In this document: positions 35,952 through 43,225 of the stretch, piece after piece
How the letters are laid out: each line of letters opens with the position of its first letter
Position numbering within the stretch: the first letter of the stretch is position 1
Origin: Gemmatimonas sp.
GTDB lineage: Bacteria; Gemmatimonadota; Gemmatimonadetes; Gemmatimonadales; Gemmatimonadaceae
DNA: 64,000 nt
Direction of reading: 5' to 3'
Assembly (NCBI GenBank): GCA_011390935.1
Contig: JAABRL010000005.1
Span: forward strand, 27,915 to 91,914
Translations under genes and position numbers: made by a program
Notes under the pieces: model-generated
What the model was told of the DNA's origin: nothing
The model's database searches: none
What the model saw: the letters and a program-made list of their open reading frames with translations, nothing else

Positions 35952-36899
35952 ATGCGCCTTCTCGCCGCACCCCCTCGCCCGCTCGCGTCCGCCGCCGCTG
36001 CGGCGGCGCTGGTCGCCACCGCGCTGCTCGCACCGACCCCAGCCCTCGCGCAGCCAGCCACGCGCTCCGTGGGCACGCTCCTGATTGCACACGGAGGCGA
36101 GCCGAGCTGGAACGCGGAAGTCGAGCGCATTGCACGCACGGCAAAGACCGGCGGCCCGCTCGAGCTCGCGTACCTCATGGGACCGGCCGCCGCGACCCAC
36201 CGTTTTCAGGATCAAGTCGCCAAGCTGGCTGCGCAGGGCGTCACCGACGTCGTCATCGTGCCGCTGCTCGTCTCCAGTCACAGCGGGCACTATGAGCAGA
36301 TCCGCTATCTCGCCGGCCTCACGGATTCGCTCGACGAGATGATGCACCATCATCTGCACATGGGAGGCCTCGAGCGCCCGACCGCCCCAGTCGCACTGCA
36401 CGTGGCGCGTGCGCTCGACGATGCGCCGGAGCTCGCCGATGTGCTCGCGGAGCGCGCGCGGACCTTGACACCGGATCCCGCGAACCGAGCGCTCTTCCTC
36501 GTCGCACACGGACCGAACTCGGCCGAAGAACACGCCGAATGGATGAAGCATCTGCGCGTCGTGGCGGCACGCGTGCAGGAGCTTACCGGATTCCGCGATG
36601 TGCGCGCGGAGATGGTCCGTGATGATGCGCCCGCCCTGGTGCGTGCCGAAGGCGTGCAGCGCGTCCGCGACATCATCGACATGCAGCGGCAGATCACGGG
36701 TCAGACGGTAACGGTCGTCCCCGTGCTGATTTCGAAGGGGCGCGTCAGCCGCGAAAAGTTCACCGCGGACCTGCAGGGACTCGACATCCGGTACGAAGGC
36801 ACGCCGCTGCTGCCGCATGCACTGCTCGCGCAATGGATCGAGCGGCGCGTCGCCGAGACACTGCGCGGCGCGGTCGCCGACGCCCAGTCGTCTCGCTGA
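35952..36899 (+). CDS. Exported two-domain CbiX/SirB-like chelatase-fold protein
   Basis: Signal peptide MRLLAAPPRPLASAAAAAALVATALLAPTPALA. Two CbiX-like halves (LLIAHGGEPSWN...VVIVPLLVSSHSGHYEQI and LFLVAHGPNSAEEH...VTVVPVLISKGRV). Confidence 0.55.
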   Translation: MRLLAAPPRPLASAAAAAALVATALLAPTPALAQPATRSVGTLLIAHGGEPSWNAEVERIARTAKTGGPLELAYLMGPAAATHRFQDQVAKLAAQGVTDVVIVPLLVSSHSGHYEQIRYLAGLTDSLDEMMHHHLHMGGLERPTAPVALHVARALDDAPELADVLAERARTLTPDPANRALFLVAHGPNSAEEHAEWMKHLRVVAARVQELTGFRDVRAEMVRDDAPALVRAEGVQRVRDIIDMQRQITGQTVTVVPVLISKGRVSREKFTADLQGLDIRYEGTPLLPHALLAQWIERRVAETLRGAVADAQSSR

Positions 36900-36960
36900 C
36901 CGAGGGTTGGGGCACACCCGCCCCTCCGGCGCGCGTCGCCCACGCGTCGCGCGCCAGCCG

Positions 36961-37503
36961 TCACAGCCAACGGCGTACCCGTCCCCGATACGCCTCATAC
37001 GGGGCGCCGAACTTCTCGCGCAGGTAGCGCTCCTCGCGCGCGATCACTCCCCAGTGCAGCAGCAGCACCGTCACGGGGACCAGCAGCAGGCCCCACGTAT
37101 TGCCGCGCCCCCAGGCGTACGCGAGCTGCACGCCCAGGAACGCCACGTAGATCGGGTTGCGCGACAGCGCGTATGGTCCGACCTCCACGATCGACCGCGT
37201 CGGCTTCCACGGCTCCACGGGCGTGCGAGCGCGCCGAAGGGTGAGCACGGCCGATGCGGCGAGCGCAAGTGAACTGGCGAGCAGCACGAGCGCGATGCCG
37301 AGACGCCATGAATCGGCGCCTGACATGGGTAACGGGACCAGCCACCGCAGCAGCTCGGCACCTGCAATCACCGCCAACGGAAGCAGGGGCGGTGGGGCGA
37401 TCACACCGGCCGTACGGCGATCGGGGGGAGCGGCCTGGGGCGGGACGTCGGGAGACACGAAGCCGCAGAGGTGAAGGAACGCCTGTCGGCAGAAACCGTA
37501 CAT
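36961..37503 (-). CDS. Isoprenylcysteine carboxyl methyltransferase (ICMT)/phospholipid methyltransferase family membrane protein
   Basis: C-terminal GPYALSRNPIYVAFLG...IAREERYLREKFGAPYEAYRGRVRRWL is the ICMT/PEMT signature. Start taken as the ATG at 37503. Confidence 0.75.
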   Translation of the reverse strand: MYGFCRQAFLHLCGFVSPDVPPQAAPPDRRTAGVIAPPPLLPLAVIAGAELLRWLVPLPMSGADSWRLGIALVLLASSLALAASAVLTLRRARTPVEPWKPTRSIVEVGPYALSRNPIYVAFLGVQLAYAWGRGNTWGLLLVPVTVLLLHWGVIAREERYLREKFGAPYEAYRGRVRRWL

Positions 37504-37597
37504 TACACGAGGCACACGCCGACAGCCACCGCGCGCTTCCGAGTGCACCCTCCATGGGACCCCAGTCCCCCCACCGCCTTGCCTATGGAGGCACTGC

Positions 37598-38500
37598 ATG
37601 TCCCGCCGCATCCTCGTCCCGATCGATGGCTCGCCCTTCAGCGAGCGTGCGCTCACACTGGCCGTCCCGCTCGCGCAGCAACACGACGCGTCGCTGGTGC
37701 TGGTGCTGGCGAACCCGTTGCCCCCGCGCGTCGAGGATTCCCCGGAATCGCCGGTGCGCGATCTGAGCGGCGCCCGCGATGTGCGCGAACACCTGCGGAG
37801 TCAACTCGAACGCGTGGCGCGACGTGTGGCCACCCGTGATGGCATCACCACCGCCACGCAGTTTCGCGAAGGGCCGGTGCTCGACGAAATCGAAGCCGCG
37901 ATTGCGGACGTGTCCGCGTCGATGGTGGTGATGGCGACGCACGGACGCGGCGGTGTGAGCCGCCTGTGGCTCGGCAGCGTCACGGATGCGCTGCTTCGCC
38001 GGTGCACGGTGCCGGTGTTCGTCACGCGCAGCGCGCGCAAGTGGACGCTCACCACCGCCACAGAACCGCTCTTCCCGCGCGTGCTCGTCGCCGTCGACGG
38101 CTCACCGTTGGCCGAAGAGGCGCTCGAGCGTGCGATCAGTCTGCTCGGCGAAAGCACCGGGGAGTTCGTGCTGGTGCGCGTGGAAGACGCGCCGATCGCG
38201 GCGGTCTCGAGCACGTGGGTGTCGGAGGCGACGCTCCGGGTGCGCGAAGGCTATCTCGAACCGCTGGCGGAACGGTTCCGCAGCGACCAGCGCACCATTC
38301 GCACACGCGCCGTCGTGCATCACGATCCGGCGCGCGCGATTCTCGACCTCGCCAAGGAAGAGCACGCGTTTGCGATCGCGTTGGCGACGCACGGCCGCAC
38401 TGGCGTGCGCCGCGCGATGATCGGCAGCGTGGCCGACAAGGTCATCCGTGGCGCGAGCGTGCCGGTGCTGGTGTGTCCGCCTGCGTCAGGCCGCGCCTGA
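37598..38500 (+). CDS. Tandem universal stress protein (UspA family)
   Basis: Two Usp domains, each ending in a GS...V......PVLV-type motif (GSVTDALLRRCTVPVFV and GSVADKVIRGASVPVLV). GGAGG lies 7 nt upstream of the ATG. Confidence 0.85.
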   Translation: MSRRILVPIDGSPFSERALTLAVPLAQQHDASLVLVLANPLPPRVEDSPESPVRDLSGARDVREHLRSQLERVARRVATRDGITTATQFREGPVLDEIEAAIADVSASMVVMATHGRGGVSRLWLGSVTDALLRRCTVPVFVTRSARKWTLTTATEPLFPRVLVAVDGSPLAEEALERAISLLGESTGEFVLVRVEDAPIAAVSSTWVSEATLRVREGYLEPLAERFRSDQRTIRTRAVVHHDPARAILDLAKEEHAFAIALATHGRTGVRRAMIGSVADKVIRGASVPVLVCPPASGRA

Positions 38501-40087
38501 CGCGCCGCTGGCGTGTTCGCGCTGACGCTGCAGCGCGGCCACATCGAAGCCCTTGGCCTTGAGACGTTCGGCGATCGCCGCCTTGTCGATCGCCTTCGTC
38601 CAGGCTTCGAGCGGATCGACGTCTCCGGCGTTGACGAGGTCCATCAGGGCGTCGTTGAGCGTGACCATGCCAAGCCGCTTGTTGGTCTGCATGATCGTGG
38701 GAATCTGTACCGTCTTGCCTTCGCGAATGAGATTGGAAACGGCCGCGTTGACGAGCAGCACTTCACGCGCGGCCACACGACCGCCGCCATTCTTCTTGAG
38801 CAGTGTCTGGGAGACCACGCCTTTCAGCGACTCGGCGAGCATCACGCGAATCTGCTCCTGACGATCGGCCGGAAACTGATCAATGATGCGATCGATGGTA
38901 CTCGCCGCGGTGGAGGTGTGCAGCGTGCCGAACACCAGATGCCCAGTCTCGGCCGTTTCGATGGCGATCGCGACGGTCTCGAGGTCGCGCAGCTCTCCAA
39001 CCAGCACCACATCGGGATCTTCGCGCAACGCGGCCCGCAGTGCGCTCTTGAAGCTCTGCGTGTGCACGCCAACCTGACGCTGCGTGATGAGGCAGCGCTT
39101 GTTCTGGTGCACGAACTCGATCGGGTCTTCGATCGTGATGATATGGTCGTTGCGCGTGCGATTGATGAGATCGATCAGCGCACACATCGTGGTGGACTTG
39201 CCGGACCCGGTCGGACCCGTGACGAGCACGAGCCCCTTGGTGAGGTAGCACAGCTGCTGCACCTCGGGCGTGATGGCCATCTCTTCGACCGTCACCGTCT
39301 CCGACGCGATGGTGCGAAAGACGGCCGCCGTGCCGTTGCGATCCTTCAGCGTGTTCGCACGAAAGCGCGCGAGCCCCGCAATCTCATGGGCGAAGTCGGT
39401 GTCGGAGCGTTCCGCGAACTCCGCCTCGTTGCGCGGCGGCATGGCCGCCGTGACGATTGCGGTGAGGTGCGCATCGGTGAAGGGCGGCTCGTCACGCATG
39501 CGCTCCAGATCACCACGCACGCGCAGCACAGGCGGCTCGCCGACGCGCAGATGCAGATCCGCCGCGCCGGACGCGACCTGCTTGCGCAACAAACGCTCGA
39601 GTTCGAGCAACGCGGCAGCGCGCGACGCGTACGGTCCCCAGCCTCGATCGCTCGCGCGGCGGCCGGGGTGATGCACGTTGGTGAAGTGTGAGGCCTCGAG
39701 ATCGCCCTGCCGACGCTTCGCGCCATCGACCGGCGCAGCGGCTGCCGCGCGACGATCGAGTGTTTCCGGCGTGACGACATCATCCGCGCGCCGACGTGCA
39801 AACACCACCTGCCACGGGCGCCCTTCGTCGTTCCCCTCCGACACCTGTACCCCGACGCGTCGTCCGTCGGCCAGCGCGTAGTCGCTCGGCCAGCGCTGCT
39901 CGGCGCCCGCGCGGGCAATGGAACCGTCAAGCATGTGCAGGAGCTGTTCGCGCGCAATGGGCTGCCGTGTGACGGGCACGGATTGTTCTCCGCGCCGCAA
40001 CATGATCGGTTCGCCCTCGCGCAGCAGGGCGTCATCCATGCCGCGCGAATGCAGCAGGTCGAGGATCGAATCGAGTGTGGCCGACAT
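38486..40087 (-). CDS. pilT: PilT-family type IV pilus retraction-type ATPase with N- and C-terminal extensions
   Basis: Walker A GLVLVTGPTGSGKSTT, Asp/His boxes, and AIETAETGHLVFGTLHT typical of PilT/PilU. 533 aa, against roughly 350 aa for a typical PilT. Confidence 0.85.
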   Translation of the reverse strand: MSATLDSILDLLHSRGMDDALLREGEPIMLRRGEQSVPVTRQPIAREQLLHMLDGSIARAGAEQRWPSDYALADGRRVGVQVSEGNDEGRPWQVVFARRRADDVVTPETLDRRAAAAAPVDGAKRRQGDLEASHFTNVHHPGRRASDRGWGPYASRAAALLELERLLRKQVASGAADLHLRVGEPPVLRVRGDLERMRDEPPFTDAHLTAIVTAAMPPRNEAEFAERSDTDFAHEIAGLARFRANTLKDRNGTAAVFRTIASETVTVEEMAITPEVQQLCYLTKGLVLVTGPTGSGKSTTMCALIDLINRTRNDHIITIEDPIEFVHQNKRCLITQRQVGVHTQSFKSALRAALREDPDVVLVGELRDLETVAIAIETAETGHLVFGTLHTSTAASTIDRIIDQFPADRQEQIRVMLAESLKGVVSQTLLKKNGGGRVAAREVLLVNAAVSNLIREGKTVQIPTIMQTNKRLGMVTLNDALMDLVNAGDVDPLEAWTKAIDKAAIAERLKAKGFDVAALQRQREHASGASGAA

Positions 40088-40145
40088 TCGGGTGCCTGAG
40101 CGAGAGAGGGAGAGCTACCACCCGGGGACGCGACGGGGGAAAGAC

Positions 40146-40235
40146 GCGTCACACTCTCACGAGGCCGTCTGGCACGAGCGTCACAGTGCGTGCCGTCCGC
40201 TGTTTCAGGGCGTCACACCGTGTCACGGCGTGACG
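40146..40235. repeat. Three phased GCGTCACA direct repeats plus a GTCAC-GGC-GTGAC palindrome upstream of pilT
   Basis: Identical 8-mers at 40146-40153, 40178-40185 and 40210-40217 (spacing exactly 32 nt). A 5-3-5 palindrome lies at 40222-40234. Confidence 0.6.
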
Positions 40236-40320
40236 ACCGGGCCGATGAGGGAACGGCGCGCCGCAGCTGCGCCTGGAGGCCCGTTCGTGCGGTCGCGCGT
40301 ACGTCGCGCGCCTCGACCCG

Positions 40321-40363
40321 GACAAAACGACACGCGGCCCGCCGTGTCGGGGCGGGCCGCGTG
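40321..40363 (-). terminator. Intrinsic terminator downstream of tRNA-Ile
   Basis: Perfect 13-bp stem CACGCGGCCCGCC / GGCGGGCCGCGTG (40331-40343 and 40351-40363) with a 7-nt loop. On the minus strand it is followed by TCGTTTTG. Confidence 0.65.
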
Positions 40364-40403
40364 TGATGTCCTGCGAGCTGACTGGCAGCACCAGATGCCG
40401 GGA

Positions 40404-40477
<74 letters not shown>

Positions 40478-40579
40478 GGAACCCTGACCGGCTGGCAGCG
40501 CGCACACGCGGCACCAACCGGACAGATCGACAATGGTAACCACTGGATCGACTGGCGTCAACGAAGCGACGCCGACCGG

Positions 40580-40936
40580 TCAATCTTCGTCGACCGGGCG
40601 ACCCGGACGATCATCCTCGTCATCGTCGACGTCATACTCGTCGTCGAGCTCTTCGAAGAGGTCCTCCTCGTCGTCGTCGAGGTCATCATCGTCCTCGTCG
40701 TCATCCTCATCCTCGTCGTCGTCATCGAGATCGTCGTCGTCCTCGTCGTCCTCATCGTCGAGATCGTCGTCGTCGTCAAAATCGACGTCGCCTTCGTCGT
40801 CGAACAGTTCGTCTTCGTCGTCGCCGAACGCAACAAACGACACGGCGTGATCGGACTCGAGCGGGTCGGTCCAACCGGGCGCGCGGCCGGCCTGCACCGG
40901 CGCATCCCAGGACCACGACCCGAACAGCTCCTGCAT
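40580..40936 (-). CDS. Hyper-acidic small protein (118 aa, D/E-rich C-terminal two thirds)
   Basis: ATG at 40936 with GGAG 9 nt upstream. The non-repetitive N-terminus MQELFGSWSWDAPVQAGRAPGWTDPLESDH has high third-position GC. Residues 39-109 are about 80% Asp/Glu with regularly spaced L/F/V/Y. Confidence 0.6.
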   Translation of the reverse strand: MQELFGSWSWDAPVQAGRAPGWTDPLESDHAVSFVAFGDDEDELFDDEGDVDFDDDDDLDDEDDEDDDDLDDDDEDEDDDEDDDDLDDDEEDLFEELDDEYDVDDDEDDRPGRPVDED

Positions 40937-41119
40937 GAGCGGAATCTCCAGAAGAGTGACGGAACGATGGCGGCGATCAGCACGCCAGAAGCGGGTGCCG
41001 GGCCGTCCATCTGGCCGCAAGGACGCATGCGATACGACGCGCGCGTCGCGCTGCCGGCTGGGAGTATCGGCGGATCACACGCGCCCCGCAACTGGGCGCG
41101 GAAAAATGTCTCCGCGGGC

Positions 41120-41143
41120 GGAAAAATGCGCCACGGCGGGCGC
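41120..41143 (-). terminator. Terminator-like hairpin plus T5 tract after tsdA
   Basis: On the minus strand GCGCC-cgccgt-GGCGC abuts the stop codon and is followed by ATTTTTCC. A second CATTTTTCCGC copy lies 20 nt further on (plus-strand GCGGAAAAATG at 41098-41108 and 41118-41128). Confidence 0.45.
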
Positions 41144-42012
41144 TAGTGCGGGCGCCGCGCGGTCTCGTAGGGCACATCGGCCGGCGCACCGCCGAACGGC
41201 CAGTCACGCCCCTTTGGCGCGAAGTCACGCCGAGGCTGGGCGTTGATGTACGCCGCCACATCGAGCGCCTGCTGCTCGTCGAGGGTGTACGTGCCCGCCG
41301 GCTGGTCGATGGGCATGTTCGCCCGAATGAACGCCGCGGCCGTACGCGGTCGCCCCATACCGGCACCGATGCTGTACGCGCCATCACCCCACACCGGCGG
41401 CGCCAGTGGCGTCCCCTGCCCGTCCGCACCGTGGCAGCGCACGCAGGTGCTCAGGTACACCGTCTGGCCACGTGCCGTGTCGCCTGCTGCCGCGCGCACC
41501 GCTGGGGCGCCCTGCCCCGACAGGCGCGCACCGTACGGCACACCGTGCGAGAGAAAGCGCAGGTACTGCACGATGTCGCGCAGGGCGTCGCTGTCGTGCG
41601 GCAAGGCACGACCGGCGAGACTGCGCTGGAAGCAATCGTTGATGCGATCGTCGATCTGATTCACCTGCGCGTTGCGCGGGCGGTACTGGGGAAAGCGTGC
41701 CAGCACCCCAACCCACGGCAAGGCGTCCGGGCGTCGACCGTCGTCCAGATGACAGCTGGTGCAGCGCAGCGCGTTCCCCACGTACGCGGGCAGGCTGTCT
41801 CTCGTGTTCGCCAGGATCGCCCGTCCGCGACGAATGCGGCGCGCCTGCTCGCTCTCGGAGAGCGTATCCGCGAGCGGCACGTTGATCGGCCACGCCGCCG
41901 TGAGGGAGGCGACCGGAGTGCCCGACGGAGCAGCATCGGCTTCGGGAGACGGCGTGGCACACGCCGCGGCCAGTAGCAGCAGGGTGCTCAACAGCATGGA
42001 CGCAGCGCGCAT
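41143..42012 (-). CDS. tsdA: Diheme c-type cytochrome, TsdA-like thiosulfate dehydrogenase family
   Basis: Two CxxCH motifs (CTSCH, CVRCH). VGVLARFPQYRPRNAQVNQIDDRINDCFQRSLAGRAL closely parallels the TsdA segment that carries the heme-ligating Cys. Signal peptide present. Confidence 0.7.
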   Translation of the reverse strand: MRAASMLLSTLLLLAAACATPSPEADAAPSGTPVASLTAAWPINVPLADTLSESEQARRIRRGRAILANTRDSLPAYVGNALRCTSCHLDDGRRPDALPWVGVLARFPQYRPRNAQVNQIDDRINDCFQRSLAGRALPHDSDALRDIVQYLRFLSHGVPYGARLSGQGAPAVRAAAGDTARGQTVYLSTCVRCHGADGQGTPLAPPVWGDGAYSIGAGMGRPRTAAAFIRANMPIDQPAGTYTLDEQQALDVAAYINAQPRRDFAPKGRDWPFGGAPADVPYETARRPH

Positions 42013-42150
42013 ACGTCAAGCTAGCGCCGCGTGGTGATGCGAGCCAGCCAGCGAGACCGCAATGTGTCGAACCGCGGAACCCCGGAACCTGCCCACGCAC
42101 GCGGGTACGAGGAGACATCACGTGCGACAGACCCAGCTTTGGAGTGCATC

Positions 42151-43197
42151 ATGGCGCGATCGTTCCGCAGTCTTTCTCTCCCGTTCGTCACGACCGCAGT
42201 GCTCGCGCTCTCGGCGCTCGCCGCGCCCCCGGTCGATGCGCAAGAGGACAGTCTGTTCACCATGCGCGGGATGGTGCGCACCGCGGAGGGCGTGCCGATT
42301 GACGAGGTGCTGCTCACGCTGGCGCGGGACACGGGTGATGTCGCGCGCGTCTACACGCTGCGTTCGGGCGCCTTCACCATGCCCAAGCTCACCGCGGGCG
42401 AGTATACGCTGAGCGTGCGGCGGATTGGCTATGAAACGCGCCGTCTTCCCGTGCAGATCGGCCAGAATCGAACGCTCGCGTTCGATGTGACACTGGTCGC
42501 GCTGCCCATCACGCTCGAGGCCGCTCGCGTGCAGGCCGACTGGACGGGGGTGATCGGTGTGGTGGGCAACTACGAGAACATGGAGGCACTCGACGGCGTG
42601 CGATTCTTGCCGCTGTCGAGCACGGATACCATCACGAGTGATGCGAGCGGGCGATTCGTGCTTCCCGTACCGGAAGGGGGGACGGGTGCGCTGCGCGTGG
42701 AGCGCTCCGGGTACGCGCCCCGTCTGGTGTCGTACCGCGTACAGCCCGGCCAGCGCGTTGAGTTGGCGGTGCTGCTCGAGAGCGGCTCGAGCGAGACCAG
42801 AGACTCGTGGGCGTGGAAGGATCTCGCGCAGCGCCACAAATGGAGCACGCCGCGCTCGGTGCGCGTGGCTCGCGCCGAACTGCTCGCCACCGACTCCCAC
42901 AATCTGCTGGTGGCCCTCGAACAGTCCGCGACCGTGCAGAACAGCGGCATGATCTTCTCGCGCAGCGCCTGTCTGTTCGTCAATGGCCAGCCACGGCCCG
43001 GCTATCCGATCGACGGGCTGGCCACGGAGCGCGTGGAGTATGTGGAGGGGTACGCGGTGCGCGGTGATCTCTCCCGATCGCTGCAGCTGCGGTGGCCCCG
43101 AAACGCAGAATGCGGGGCTCCCGGTGGGAACCCCGCAATTCGGCGAGCCATCGAAACGGGCCAGGGCGTGCAGTTCGTCGCGGTCTGGCTACGGTAG
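42151..43197 (+). CDS. Secreted carboxypeptidase-regulatory-like domain protein
   Basis: Signal peptide MARSFRSLSLPFVTTAVLALSALAAPPVDA. Two CarbopepD_reg-like beta-sandwich repeats (MRGMVRTAEGVPI...GEYTLSVRRIGYE). Trimmed to the ATG at 42151 (GGAG upstream). Confidence 0.65.
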   Translation: MARSFRSLSLPFVTTAVLALSALAAPPVDAQEDSLFTMRGMVRTAEGVPIDEVLLTLARDTGDVARVYTLRSGAFTMPKLTAGEYTLSVRRIGYETRRLPVQIGQNRTLAFDVTLVALPITLEAARVQADWTGVIGVVGNYENMEALDGVRFLPLSSTDTITSDASGRFVLPVPEGGTGALRVERSGYAPRLVSYRVQPGQRVELAVLLESGSSETRDSWAWKDLAQRHKWSTPRSVRVARAELLATDSHNLLVALEQSATVQNSGMIFSRSACLFVNGQPRPGYPIDGLATERVEYVEGYAVRGDLSRSLQLRWPRNAECGAPGGNPAIRRAIETGQGVQFVAVWLR

Positions 43198-43225
43198 ACC
43201 GTCGACGACGCGGGCCGCGTCAGCG

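Noticed and set aside
40600-40830. Highly repetitive GTC/CTC/ATC triplet tract; considered as a CRISPR-like or satellite repeat.
   Set aside because: The period is 3 nt, with no unique spacers and no repeat unit of 20 nt or more. It is fully explained as Asp/Glu codon low complexity inside a CDS.
40533-40850. Plus-strand Ser-rich ORF (105 aa, poly-Ser) mirroring the acidic protein.
   Set aside because: The unique N-terminal part of this frame uses many A/T-ending codons (GTA, ACT, GGA, CAA, TCT, CGA). The minus-strand frame has GC-rich third positions and an RBS, so the acidic frame is preferred.
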